Assembly: GCA_002633005.1 (NCBI GenBank)
Contig: NMRA01000066.1
Span: 1-64,000 of the forward strand
From: Phoronis australis
Lineage: Eukaryota; Animalia; Phoronida
Length of the DNA stretch: 64,000 nucleotides
Reading direction: 5' to 3'
The position numbers were made by a program, and so were the translations under genes. The first letter of the stretch is position 1, and each line of letters begins with the position of its first letter. Under the pieces are notes generated by a model. That model ran no database searches, was not told the DNA's origin, and worked only from the letters and a program-made list of their open reading frames with translations. This document shows, one piece after another, positions 49,481 to 63,730 of this stretch.

Positions 49481-51231
49481 CTTTATCAATGATGGTTTCC
49501 AAATTACGATCTTCAGAAGGAATATTATCATTGGAATTCTTTTGCAAAAAGCTACCGATATTCTCCTCTTTATCATCATAAACGCGTGGACATTATTGTC
49601 TTACTGCAATTTATTGAAACATTGCGGTTTTCAACTTCTTCTGTCTTTCGATCCCAGTCAATGTTGTTATTTTTTGCTTTGTTTTTCGACACAACCTCAC
49701 GTTCTTAGATGTTTGAGCGGTATGTCTTGATGATGATGTGCTTCGCATGAACCTATTCGGTGGTTTTCACAACCAATTCGAATTGTTTTCTACTTTCACG
49801 CCTCACGAGTGATTGACAGTGCCGTACTTGTGAGGGTGCAAAGAGGCAATTTTCCTAGGTCGACACCCTCAGAAAAGGTCCCTTAACATGAAAAGTTATA
49901 TCATTTAAAACGTGGAGTTGCAGCCATGGTTCCACATCAGGTCACCCGCTTTCGTCAAAACAGACCATATTAGTTCAGTAAAATGAGTGCAGTTGGGTCC
50001 AACACTGAGACCCCTCAGTAGGTGATTCCTTAAGAACTAGTGATATGAATAAGAAAAACAAGAAAAGGGTGACCACAGATGCCAACGTTGGACCCCTTCC
50101 AATAGCAGGAACTTAAATCACATGAACCACACTGTCAAAAAAGACCGGAAGCAGGAGATATCCTTTGTCAGGGAAACTTTTCTGCGAAAACACAAGTTAG
50201 CATTCCCTGAAATTTTTTTCTTGTTAATACCTATAACAATTTGCACTAACGTCTGTGCATAGAGCACGTTCATTGTCGAAGTATGTGTAGAAGACGACAG
50301 TTTAAGTTAGGGTGGACGATGCACGCTGCAACATTTTTAAAGAGTTGGAAACCCCAAGAAAACTGTCCTGGTCAGGCCTTCAAAGTGTATGTATTGACGA
50401 GTTAATTATACGTGGAAATTTCCTGTGAAATAAACAACAGAAATGGGGGCTGCAGTGTAACAGACATCGAGACCACGCCAACGCTGACACAGACAAATAT
50501 AATTAAACGAAATTAAAATAACTGAAACAATAAATTAGAACATTCACGGATGGGAATTAAAATATTAATCTACATGCAAAAGACCAATTCTTATTTCAAA
50601 GTAATGAAAATGAACTTAAAATGACATTATTATCGCAAAAAGGGATTTTTGAGATCAGCCTCAGTATGGCGTTTGAAGGAACACGCTGACATATCTCTTT
50701 CGAAATATGTGGTTGTCCCCTCCGCCTTGTGACATCATTGGTACGACAATGTCACTCATATCAATCGGAATGCAAAATTTCATGATTGGGGTATTACTTG
50801 ACATTGATTTGTAATACGAGAGAATTTTACTAAAGGAAATATTTACTTTTCATTTTGAAAAATAGATGTCGCTGATCTCTGGTAAAGTTAGTCTTGATAT
50901 GTAAGGCAGTAGAATCCACCTGATTTCATAACAGATTCTGAAAAAGTGCCCACCCAAAGGACTAAATACCTAGTGAAATTTGCTTAAAATGGCAACGTTA
51001 AGCAAATTTAAGTAGGTATTTCGGGTTCACTATTAGTCGTAGCTTGTGTTTAAGCGTGACATGAAACTTAATATGAGATATGCAGATCCGCATCCTTTGA
51101 TGCCGCAGTGCATCGTGGGATAGAACCGAGTAACCGCTTAATTTGTTGCACTGTTTCAGCTGTTAATCGTGGCTCGGTAACGTGGTGATGGTAGGGGCCC
51201 GCAGATTTATATCTTGTGTAACTGCATGTTT

Positions 51232-51394
51232 CAGTGGTGGATTTAGAGGGGGCCAAGGGGGCCGTGGCCTCCCCCTAAAATTCTCTCAGATTCCATTTGG
51301 CAGGTCGGGCCGGGTGCGAATGTCTGACTGCAAAAATCCTGGCTAATACTCTGCCCTGCCCCCTCCCCAACTCAAAATCCTGGACCCGACCCTG
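51232..51394. mobile_element. hAT-like MITE, 5-bp TSD TGTTT
   Basis: Second copy of 42629-42788; TGTTT at 51227-51231 and 51395-51399. Confidence 0.8.
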
Positions 51395-54300
51395 TGTTTC
51401 AATAGCAACAAGAAACAGTAGAATATTAATCAAAAATAGTATCTATAATCGAATCCAAGTGGTCCCACATTGCAATTTTATAGTCGATGTTTTCGCAATC
51501 AATCCCAATACGCAATGCTTCACTACTTCTTGACATGCACCGTGGCTACTTCTCTACAAATGGAATATTCTCGTGTTACGAAACTGGTCCCTAATTATAA
51601 AGATTTCTTTGTAGATGAATATTCGAGAAACTTAGATAAATGTCCACAGAATTGTCGCCACCATAGTCACCCTCCACCAGTTGCTGCAAGTTTTGAGCTA
51701 TCCCTCCCCCCCTCCCGGCACGTCCCACCTTCGCCACGAATTTTGTGTCTGCAATATGTTTTATCACATCATCTCGGCATATGACATCAACTTCTGAAAT
51801 TGACATCCCACTACTCATAACAGGACAAACAAGGTCACAGTCAATGAGATAAAACCAGTGTGTGTAGCTCATTGGTCACAGTTATTGCTCTGTAAGTTAC
51901 ACGCTGTGTACGTTGAAGCTATTTTAAATTTAAGTAAGAAGATGTTGTCAATATATGTGTGCATATTGGTACTATGAATTCAAGAGAGTGGTTAAGTTCC
52001 GAGTTTTATTGGACATGGTATTTTGGGGAAATATATTGTTTGGTAAACTAGGTTGTGTAATATATGGAAATCTTTGTCAAATGTACAGGATTTAAAAAAA
52101 AAATGGAATATTTGAATTATGGGAAATTAGAGACTAATTGACTGCTGATTGTTTGGTCTTTTAGTCTGTCAGAAAATTTGAATGTTCCCGAATTTTTGTT
52201 TTGCATTTTCGACAACAGGCGGCAGGAAGAGGAGTTAGGCGGGGCGTGGTTAGGAGAGAGGTGTGCAGTTAATCAGGCATGCACGGCCAGTGCAAGCTCA
52301 CATTATTAACAGCCCACTGTATTTATCCAAACAGCTACAAGACTTTAGATTTTACCTTATTACCATTTTCTTATTAATTAGGTCACGTAACCAAAACTTT
52401 TTTGCAAAATTTATCAAGGAAGGTACATCGATAGCAAAACAACGGCATCAATAACACGGGCAAACTTTATTTGATATAATTGTTCAAGGTGAGATCGCAA
52501 AATTGTTGTTATAGTCTTCCTAATTAAGATTTCGTTTTCGTTTTATGCATCGTTTTAAAGAACAGTGCATAAAGCATATTATCTGAACGTTTCATGTGAA
52601 TCCAACCAGCCATTTCTGACATGATGTTACAAAGTTAACCAAATTTTAACTTTTTCTAGGGTCCACTTGCTGGGGTATTAGCGAACATAGATCTGGTTTC
52701 GTTATGAAGACACTGAAACACTAACTTCTATCGATTTAGTCGTGATGGACGACAGTTACACACTATTATTAAACATCTGAAAAACAACACATGGCAGCTT
52801 TCATCGCAGGAATTCAAATGATTGCGTATTCTGTTTTTTTTTTTGTATTTTGCATAGCTGCGTCTTCCTCGACAAAGGTCTATGAATGAATGTCCCTGTT
52901 TGTTCTGTTTGTTGAATGACGTGTGTCTGTGGGGTTCGTTCTGTTCAGATTATTCCGGGAAATACTTGTTAGGTATAATTCTATTTTATGAAATCCATGG
53001 AGAGTTTTTTGAAATTAAATTTACCCTGCTCATTGAAATGTATATCACTGAGAAGTAATATCATGAGAAACTTACGAATAAAATGAATGGAAGAAAACAG
53101 ATTTTTTTTTCTTAGAGTTTTGTTGTTTGTAAAGCATCTCAATCTATTGCAATAATTATCAAATGCTCGGTTAGGGGAATCAAAATAAAAGTATTAAAAG
53201 TGGTCTGTTAATAGTAAAATGTGAGAAGAAGAATAATTGTATAGGCCTAGCTAGTTTGTTGCTCCTGGAAGTTGACAAGGGTAACCGTCCATTATTTTGT
53301 CATATATAACTAATATTGACTAAAACGGCTTTTAACGCAAAAAATCGCAATTGGTTCTGGTCTCTACCCCGACTCATTTTGAGACCTGTGCTTATCGACC
53401 AAGGAACAAAAAAGCGCTCGTCCGCATCAACTTCAACCATGGTCTCGTGTGTTTGCTCTTCTCAGGTGCATTTTCTCTTTTTTTGAAATGGCGAGCAACT
53501 AAAAACCACCGTCCACCGGGCCGAATTTTGAAGAAGAGACCTGGACTAACTAATTCTTCTTTTTTCACCTAATATCCTTTCACACTGTCTCATACATTTG
53601 CAAGCGCGCATGACTTGAAACAGCAGCCGCCAACCATACAGTTGCAGACGTTCCGTATTACAAAATTTTCGAAATTCTTGCGCATCCGTAGAAACATTAA
53701 AGAATTAACCTGTGTCACCCGGGTCACCTTTTTATTCTAAAGCATGCAACTGATTGGGACTTCCAAATCTGAGGCGATATTCATACCTAGACAAAATATT
53801 CATACATAGAGCTAGAACTTTGATCCATTCCCACACTTATTGAAAAAATGTGACCCATGTTCATCAGCCTACACCTAGACTTAAAATTGTCATCGACAAC
53901 CAACCCCATGTCTTAGCCGGTTGACCCGGTTGAACCGCTGAAGTCAATCAATTTCAGCCATTATCATTCACGCAAATGAAGTATTTGAACGAAGATAGAA
54001 AATTACTAGAAGTTTTCTAAAAAGTAGTTTGGTTTAAAATTTCGCGACGTTGTTTTCTTCTATCCCCGTCATATCCTGGGTGTTCAATGTTTTCACTACA
54101 AACATATGCTCGACGAAAATCACCTAATGTATCTCTAATTACGCCAATAAAATGACTCACATTTTTATTTGAATTGTAACAAGGACTTTATCGGATGTCT
54201 GCTCTTTTGCTCATCTTCGTTTAGTGCCTGACATAACAACATTCGAGGGATGTCTCACCACCCTTGCAGTAATTTCAACCCGGCAAAAACGTTCTGTTTA

Positions 54301-55029
54301 CCCATCACTTATCAAAGATGAAAACAGAAGACTATACTGTCCTTTTTAACCCAATGAATTTGATATTTTCTATTGGTTCTACTGAAAGTGAAATTTAGAA
54401 ACATTGCTCGTCCTATATTCTGTTATAGTAGTCGCAACGGAAAAAGAGTCGGCAAACACTGCCCTTCAGGCAAAATGCTATTTTTTCAGTTTGCCGGAAC
54501 TCACTCTTCTGTATCTATTTCTGCTTTCGTTTTTTATTTTAAAGGTTCGTATTTGCATTTTGTGTCTTGTGTATTGTTGTTAAAATCCATGATAAAACGG
54601 AAACCGGTAAATCCACTTTTCCTGGCTATCTGTTATATCTTCACTGACTAGGATAAATTTTCTTGACACGTGAAGTTTTGAAGTTTGTCAAGAATGCCTC
54701 CATAATGCTTATTTTCTTCGTGACTTAGTTTTCGCCCTCAACGCTACGTACGGGCTAAGATATTTCTACTTTTTTAAAAATAGTATTCTTTTAAATAGCC
54801 TAACACTGAAATTTCTTTGAGTCGGCCGTGCGGCAAAGGCGTGGAACCCGACAACTGAACATTGTTCCTTTTGGCACATTGTTTAAACATTACACTTAAA
54901 TGAATTTACGAAGAATTGGCAGGACTTTCATTGGTGCCGTATTTACGCATTGTTCGTAGGTAAAATGGAATGGAGTGTAAACACAAACAATTTGTTTTGA
55001 GTACACATACGTTATATTTCTGAGAAATG

Positions 55030-55130
55030 AGCCGGGCGCACAGACTTATTAGAATAAGGTCACTTGTGTCAGACATGCGCAGTTACACTAGCAATATGGC
55101 GGAAGTGATTGCTGCTGGTGCGTCGGCGGT
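55030..55130 (+). promoter_or_regulatory. Candidate promoter of the NALF/FAM155 gene
   Basis: CATGCGCA (NRF1-like) and overlapping ATGGCGG (YY1-like) and CGGAAGT (ETS-like) motifs about 320 nt upstream of the ATG. Confidence 0.5.
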
Positions 55131-55417
55131 GTAAAGGTTTTGTATTTTACTACAGTTTACGGAACATTCACGATCAGCAAGTATAATTTATGAAGAAACT
55201 AACTGATCTCAATTTCCGAAACGCCTTCACGCACCCGCCTAAGTGATTCGAATGTTTAATTTCTTGAGCCAAGTTGGGATTATCATGTCTTCGAGTTCAT
55301 TCATTGAATCAAATGGTGAGGACTGAGGAGTTATCCAGCCGTCTTTTTTGTGTCAAAACGTCAGCATTGGTATGCCGCGTTTTGGAAGTCGCTTGACTGA
55401 TACAGTGGGCTTTGTGT

Positions 55418-56062
55418 ATGGTGAAATTTTCACGATTGTCCACTTCACACTGGTTTCATGCCCAAACTATGATTTTTATGTATGAATATGGGTCGTCGTT
55501 TTTGAAGTCACTACTTACATCGAAAGTGTGTGGGATTGTTTCAAGGACGTGGGCACAGTTTTCATACCACAGGATAGTTCTTATACTATTTGTAGCAATG
55601 TTGCTCATAAGGGAAAGTCTACAAGATGAGGAATTGACGTGTTCTCTTCAGTCGTCAACACCATGGATATCTGGCGATGGAGACCTTAAATCCTTTTTTA
55701 ATGGATCTTACCCAAGGATTTGGGGAAAGGGTATATGCCCGAAAGAAATGTCAAACACAACTGGGGCTGTCAGGGATACCGGATCATCACTAGTGTCAGT
55801 ATGCAATGCCTCTGTGGAGTCGAGGACGCAACTAGCACGCGATCGTTCATTACCATTCTGTGATTCATATAGTTTATTTGATGTGTTAGAAGAAGACCCA
55901 TGCTTACTGGGCAGCTATTCAGACTGTGTCAACTGCACTTCCAGAGTTCAGTGTATGGATGCCCTAGCTCAAAACTTTTCTGCCCCTTTCCAGTCTGTAA
56001 TGGATCGTTTTGACTGTGTCCGGTCCAATTTTTCAGTTAACTGGGGGTGTAGTAATTGTATG
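55418..56062 (+). CDS. NALF1: NALCN channel auxiliary factor (NALF/FAM155, NLF-1/Mid1 family), first coding exon; gene probably continues beyond the window
   Basis: Long open exon: N-terminal hydrophobic segment IVLILFVAMLLI, several N-glycosylation sequons, Cys-rich domain LPFCDSYSLFDVL..C..CVNC..MDALAQ..FQSVMDRFDC..FSV..CSNC like FAM155 (LSFCDTY..CSNC..LD..AQ..F..YS..C..C); ends at donor ATG|GTAAGT just before the expected AYKxWLC exon. Confidence 0.8.
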
Positions 56063-58820
56063 GTAAGTTGTTGTTACAGAGAACAGATTTCTGTGATGTT
56101 TTTGTGTGATTACAGCGCACTCTGTAGGCCTGCTTGTGAGTGTGCGTGTGCTGTGCTTGAGAATTTATAAGTGAAATAGAATGTGGTGGATTGTTTTCTC
56201 TTGAGCGCTATCTGGGCTCTGTTTCTGCCCTGTCATCGGAGGTGATCTCCAAAGAATTGTGTGAGTCTAGGGTGAGCTGCGTGTGAGTGATTAGCTGTCT
56301 TGTATAACGATTCTGTTGTAGAATTAAAACATTTCTGGACAGTGTCAGAACGAGTACGAGTACTAAGAAACTTGTATCACAAGCCAATCATGTACAATTC
56401 TGTTGAATCCCAAAGGCTCCTCTCGCTGTGGCTTTGTCATGATGGCGTTAAGACTCTGTGTCCTCTAGGTGGTGCTAATGAATACAGGCTTTTCTTTTTA
56501 CGCATAAATTAATTGATAGTATGAGAAAACAGTTCATTAGGATTGGGGCGTTTGTGGGCTAAAGGTCATGCGTGACTGCCTGAATGCATGCATCTAAACT
56601 AGAACAATCCAACTGTCGCTCAAGTGCCACCTAGTAAGCATAGTCGCCTATTGTTGATGAATTAATGCTTGCGGTTACAGAGTACTGGCCTTGAAAAATC
56701 AGTAGGCGAATGCCTGTTCATAACTGCGGAGATAAAGCACTGGAACCTAAATCTTGATTATCGTATATTCATCATTGCAATGCTTATAAGTTAGCTTGCC
56801 AGTCTTGGATATGCATTTGCCATATGCATAGCCTGATTCTCAAGTGTGGTCATTCAGTGACTAGCCTGCCATTGATTGATGTAAATTTTATTGCGTTGCC
56901 TTGGCTCACTAGGGAACTGCTGCATAAACTGCCTGTGAACTCGGTCCCTACTGTTTCCTATCGGGAGCTGACCACGATACCCTGTCTAAACATAGATACC
57001 AGACCCACTCTTGACCGCAGTGGAAGGTGGTCAAATTCTTGTATACACCTGCCAGTATAGACAGCTTTCTCAGCGAAGGTGATGTAGGCAAACAGCTGGC
57101 CCCCTTTACCAGGGTTCATGTGGACAAGTGTTGTGAAAAACGTTTGACTTGTCACATCTCAAAGCGAATTGATTCAAACTTGATGAGATATTCTGACCTG
57201 TATGTTATTCAGTTTCTCATATATTGGTAACCTAGGGTGGACACATCCTAGATATTCATTAATTGTTCTAATGACTCTGCCAATGAGGGATGCTCAGTGG
57301 AGCAGTTGGGGTTGTGAAATTTATATTCTTGGCCTTGTATTGATTGTACAGCATTTTGCAGGTCAATTTTCTGTTCAACGTGTTGAAGTAATTGCAAAGC
57401 ACTGCTGTGACAGGCACTAAATGGATGGCGACTGGTCTCACTTCTGAGAAATCAGCTACGTTCTGTGTCCATGCACTTAGGTCTTTGATTCAGTACAAAT
57501 ATTTGCACAGATTGAGGGATATTCCTGGGCTGCGCCATTAGCGCATTAAGGCACAAGTACATTGCAGCAGTGCGCCCATCGGGCACATCCTTTGAAGTGC
57601 TCTTCCAAAAATGCGCGATTCTAGTCAACTTCTAGCCAATCGGGTAAAACATGACTCTGCACATTTCGATTACTCTTGGGGTTTCTGTTTTGCATATTGT
57701 CACTTTAATTAAACTAAGTCTGTTGGGCACAATTTTTTGAAAAAAGGCAGACTTTTTATCATCAAGTGCACCCAAAGGGCACGTGTTCAGACCTGGTCGG
57801 GAATATCGCTGCAGATTTCTTGAAGCTCCTCAGACACTCTGTGTGCTTTGACAGGTGTTTTTTGTAGAACATAGAAAGCATTTGGCTAACTCTACTGGAC
57901 TGTGGACCCACGGTCTGTTTCATAGTTCTTTTAAAGTCCATTTTGAGCTGCAACCGCATCAAAGACCTTTCATAATACAATCTTCTGCTCTTTTACCACC
58001 CGAGTTTAAAACTGCTTCCAATAGATCTCCTCTGGTTTCATGTTCATTGATTCACACAGCAGTCTTGTCTCTCTTCATGGCCACATCTAATTAGCCATCT
58101 GATACACTGGCTTGAGGTTGGTTCTGGTGTACTGGTACTAGAATCCCACCACACCTTTCCTGTTATTAACCTTGTGGCAAACAGCGAGTAATAAACCACA
58201 AAGTTCCGTGAGTGAGAGCTGGTTTGTGAAACAGAAATTTTTACGTAGTCGTCTTCTCGCACGTGCTCGATTCACTACCCACCCCAGAAATTTACAAATT
58301 TTCACTTTTTTGGCTAACCACCAGCCCTCAATAATTGCAGGCGGTCCTGTACACGTTATAGCAGACGTGCACAGGCTGCGCATGTGCACTCATTGCACTG
58401 ATCACCTGGAACCATTTTTGTGCTTTATTAATGTATAGTTCAAACCGAGCTGAGGAGCTAGAAACCTGACTCAAGGGTCGAGCAGTGTGACCCAGCAAGG
58501 CTCGACCTTGAGTAAAGAGACCAGGCACCTATCACACCAGGCCACATTGTGTTCTCCAACTAAAACCTTAATTACGCCCATGTCTGTGCATACCTTGGTT
58601 GTCTTTAATTGACAATCACCTCGTCAGCTGAATTTTGCCGTATTCAAGCTGGAAAATACCAAATTCGCCTGCTAATTACTGAACTTAGGATCCGTGAAAT
58701 TGGCCTTTTTCTAATACTCGTATGCAAAAATGCATTCATATGAGCAGTATGTGGTCAGCTCATTGCACGGGTAATGTCTACATTGTAAAATTTAAAGATA
58801 GGCTTTGAATAAAAAACCAG

Positions 58821-58965
58821 GGCGCAGTTGCATAAAAGTTATTCACCGTATAGCAATTACGACGTTGCATTATCATGCGTTGTTATTGTTGAACAATGCA
58901 ACTGATGTCATGCAACAATCAAACTTATCCAGCGGATAACTTTTGAAGCTTTATGCAACTCAGCC
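58821..58965. mobile_element. Harbinger/PIF MITE with CAG TSD
   Basis: TIR GGCGCAGTTGCATAAA / TTTATGCAACTCAGCC; CAG on both sides; internally palindromic. Confidence 0.75.
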
Positions 58966-61900
58966 CAGGTGACAAGCTACAGACTGTGCTTGATCACTCT
59001 GTTCTTGATGCGGTAAAATCTCACCAGTTTTGGATAAAAATAATTTTCCAAATTTGTCTGTTTTACGTGTTTCATAAACTTCTAAAACTGTTGCGAATGT
59101 CCGCAATTTCTCGAAGCATTGAGTGATGGTAACTGTGTTGTAAAACTTAGAAGTAGTGAAGCATTTATTTGATGAAACCTGAGCTTTTAAGGAAAAACAT
59201 AAAATAAAATTTGGCTTGTCCGCCATGTTGTGTCCAAAATTGACGAGATAATGAGCCTGTTACTGCATTGTCTACAATTTTATGGTATTTGACTCTTACA
59301 TGTGAGGTTTGACATCAGCACAGCTCTTCAGGCATTGACCATTCACTTACCCACCCACAACTGTTTTTAAGTGCATGATCGGCCTGATACCCTGATTTTT
59401 TAATTCCCAATTGAAGTGGTGTGGATGGTAACCTGGGTGAGCACTGTTTGACTGGATTTGCGAGGGTGATAAAATGGAAATGTCTACTTGGAACTGTCAA
59501 ATGTAACAGTATTAGTAAATGCTGTGTTGTTAAGCCACAGTTGAGTACTGTCCTAGGTAGTATGAGTGTTACTTTGGGACATTCCATTTCACATAGTGTT
59601 GAATGTTTCACTTGATTTAGTTTGGTGACGTCACGAGAAATCTAGTTGTCTTGTGAAACAAGGCAAGTTCACACGTTTTCTATGCTCGCACTGTTGTCTA
59701 ACGAAGCTCATGGGTGTTATATTTTCAAACGGCTTCATTCTGATTTAAATCCTTCTTTACAGTTGACGATTTTTGAGACGCCAAAGCAGCGCTCAATGTA
59801 ACTTGTAATAATTTAACGTACACCTACACAGTCTGAGTGGTCAGTGTGTAAAGATGTATGTTGGTGTAATTACGGTAAATGCAGTACAGGTAAACGTACA
59901 TACTTCACTAAGTTTAGATTGATGTGAAGTCAGATGACTTATTTTTACTGGGCATCGATAGCAAGTTGATGACTCATTAACTTTTGTTGTATTCCTTTGT
60001 ATAGCGATCGTGTACTTATCGAATTCTGCCAGATTTATTGGAGTTAGGACCGAGGTTTTCATAATGGAAACGATATAGTAGGAAAGTGGAAAGGTGGAAA
60101 TTCCACAAAAGTAGCACCAAAAAGTTTTTCTTACCGTTGATATTCTTTACATTGTCATTTGTTGTCGGGCAGCATTTGCTAAAACTATTTTAAAAGTGGA
60201 GAACTGTTGTTTCAGCAATACTTTTGTGTCATAAATCGAAGAATAGGTGCTGCAGAACCTGCTTGTTTTGCCTGGTGTGCCTGTCCTCATGGAAACCTCA
60301 CAAGTACTTCCATTAGATAAGCACATATATGTGGAGATGCAATAACATCTGTGCTGTGCACAAAGTGCCACTGTTGGTGTGTGCAACACTTGTAACAGTG
60401 ATCAATGTACCGTGGTAATTATATACTGCAGTTCCCCCATTCTCATTCTTCATGTCAGCTTAGCCTTTGATTGCTTCTAAAGCCATTTTAGGCATTTCTG
60501 GTACACTTGACTACTCGTACCGCTGATAGTTACGTGACTGTGACCTCATCTCTGGCGGAATTCTCACCTCCATCCTGCCCAGACCATGTGGTTTTAGATC
60601 GTTTTGGCGTAGATATACACATGGCAGATGTTTCTATCAATATCATTTGTTATCGATTTAGAAACATTGGTAAGTACATTTGCTGTAGTTCGCTGTCCTA
60701 AATAAAATCTGGTGGCCATAGTTGACAATATCGATATTGTTGCTAACGATGTTTGCTTATCGCCAAGATATTGCCGAGGCGTTGACCTTTGTTGATAACA
60801 GGACATTGTCTAAGATTCCTAAGGGAGGTGGAAACTGATCTTTTCTCTGTGTTCCTCTGTAAAATGCGTAAAATTGTATCACACAGGTTGCAAGACATGA
60901 CTTAAAATGTGAGAAAAGCAAAGAAATCGTTTTTAAATTGCCTTTTTTATAAAAAAATTCTTTGATCTCACGAAAATTACATTTTCCTTGGTAATCCGTT
61001 TTCTAGAAATGCTGTCGCTGATCTCAAAAACCTTGTTTCTTGTAGTTTAAGTCATTGATAAGCAATTTATTTATTTGTTATTGTAATATTTACAATGGGG
61101 GGTAGCCCCACCAGTTCTCATTGCTTTCCTTGGGGGCCCTCAGAATTGCAAGATTGAAGTTATTGTATCTTTACTGTTTTTGTATTTTGTTTAAGAGATT
61201 TCAAAAGTAGGCAGTATTCAGTCATAATTTCACTTTCACATCAAAAACGTAAAATCTACCATGAGGTTTAAAGTAAAAACCCCTGTATGACGGATTTAAA
61301 GTTCATTCAAATTCAATTTCGAATTGTGAGATTTTCAAAAATTGAACAGTAAGAGTCATCACTCATGGCTGAAAAATTAATTCTATGGTATCGCCACCTA
61401 TGTGAAATTATGTTTGCCGCCGTCACATCCTACTTTTGGCCAACTTTCACTGTTCCCATGCTCCTGTACATAGAAGACAGATACCAGAGAGCATGCCTTA
61501 AATACTATAACTTATCAGTTTGCGTACTCCTACACTACTCGTAAGAGTTAATTTCGTAAATTTTCCGCCTATTCCTAATCCAAAACCGTTATGGCTACCT
61601 GGCCTATTTTTCATTCTAACAAAAGTTTTTGTGCACAGGTGTGGTAATTAACCAGGTTGTGCTTTAACGTCATGGGCTGTCACGGTTCTTCAATCAGTTG
61701 CCGTTCGAAAATGCTGACCAGTTGTATAGGGCAAAGCATGTTCGGAGGTGGTTTAATCAAAATGGCAATGAATCAATTTAATTTTTTATAGAAGGTGAGG
61801 AGTCAAAGGCTAAGAGGATGCAGAAATTTCACAATCATCAAAAATCCAAAATTCAGTGTTACGGTATGCCAAAGTGTATGGTAATTGTCAATCAACCTGA

Positions 61901-62429
61901 ATTTTCTGAATTTTTTATTTTTCTTAAAACTGTGGAGGTATTAGTCATTAAAAATGAAGAATTTGGATTTTTTGTATAGTTTGTATAGTCGCCTGCAGTT
62001 GAGATTTTATGGAACGACTATTTTCATTGAAAATGGCAGTCGCGTGATAATAAAAGATTGAATGATGTTTCTAATTGAAGAAAAAAGTGACTAATCAATG
62101 TCCTTTCATTTCATTTCTGATTTTAACTTTAATTTGTGAATCTTAGTACACGGATTTTCATTTCAATTAATAGTCAATAACATTTAGGTGTAATGTGAAG
62201 TCATCAGTCATATTTTGATTGATGACGGAAGGTGTTTCCGCAGCACTTACATGTCATTCTTTCACTCAAGATTCATAACCACACGTGTGGTGGACGCAGC
62301 TCATGGAGGGGAGGAGCAAGTGACAGGACATCCCACCAATCTAATGACTGTCAAATAATGTTAGCAGTAGTCTCAAGAATGAAACTATGAGCTGGAAACC
62401 AGGGGTTCATCCAAAATGCGTTTCTCTGG

Positions 62430-63730
62430 GCCTTCATGGTCAGTAACGTGACAGTGTTTTTATGACCACAAATAGACACCGTGGAGGCCCTCTAGGTGAA
62501 GGCCTGCCTGGAACTGTGTCACTTAGTGCTAGCAATTGCATTCAGCTGGGGAGGAATGAAATCACGGAAACTTGGAATTAAGTTCAATGTTCCAAGTTCC
62601 AGATTCCAAGAGAATGAACCAGGGTATTATCATTTTTATGACTGAAATATACTAACTAGGATAGATTTGAAGATATTGACTTTGACCAGAGCTTTACAAA
62701 CCACCGTTCACATTTTCTGAAATCAAGTTTGGTGACTTTACCGTTTATGTGATACTCGGACATTTAGAAAGCGGGATTCAGCTCAGAGCGTGTAGCGGTT
62801 AGCTGTCACATGACGTCAAGAGTTTTAGATTTGATTCTGCGTTAGGGCTATTCTGAGAAAAAGATTGTTCTTGTCAGTAATATCAAGACTGTGGTTCCAA
62901 ATGCTGAAGCCAATCACTGGAGCTTGGAATGAAATAACACTACATGGGTTATTCATTCAATATTCCATTTCAAGTTTTTTAGATCTTGGCATTCCTGTGA
63001 TTTGTTGCCAAACATCTTACTCAAATTGTGTCTTTAACCTACTGACAGCGCCGCGTAAAGTAATCGTAGGGAGCTAGAAATTGACGAGACAGTGGCTTCA
63101 CCCATGCAAACGCGGGCCTTGAACCGCGAGGGTGTGACAGAACGGCCTGTGTGTTATTTCATCCTGCGTTCTAGTGTCTTTAGCATCTGAAACAACGTAT
63201 TTAACTTAGATTGCCATGGTTTGATTTTCTTGAATCTTAGAACCTCGAATGTGTCTCCAGTGCTCTCATTCTTCCTATGACGAACACTGACACTAGCTGT
63301 AGTTCCAAGCTCATAGTGTTGCTGTTGACACTGCAGTTTACACTGTCAAAAAGCCATTCGATTGGTCAGCTGTGCTGTGGCACTTTCATCACCCAGTCAA
63401 GAGCGTCCATCCACTACATTCATAAGAACTAGTCTTGTGAAAAAACAAATCATTTACGGTGTCCTGTCAATCAAAATATTATTGAAATGGAAATAAGTGC
63501 AAGTTGTTTCAGGTTCCAACACTAATGTGGCCTGGAATATACCCCGTATTTTCCAGGTTTCATATGGCATATTAACAGTTTGAATGACTTGGAAGTTTGA
63601 ACTTGGAACCAGGTTTCAAGAGAATACCATAGAAACTGCACATCAAGCGTGCGTGGTGACACTTGAGCCACAGGCATCTGGAATGCAATAAGAATCCAGG
63701 GACTGAGAACACCACATGACTGACATTATG
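62430..63730. repeat. Degenerate ~1.3-kb fold-back element rich in TTCCAAG/CTTGGAA motifs
   Basis: Mirror-placed motifs, e.g. AAGTTCAATGTTCCAAGT (~62580) versus ACTTGGAAGTTTGAACTT (~63590) and GAGCTTGGAA (~62920) versus TTCCAAGCTC (~63303). Confidence 0.35.
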
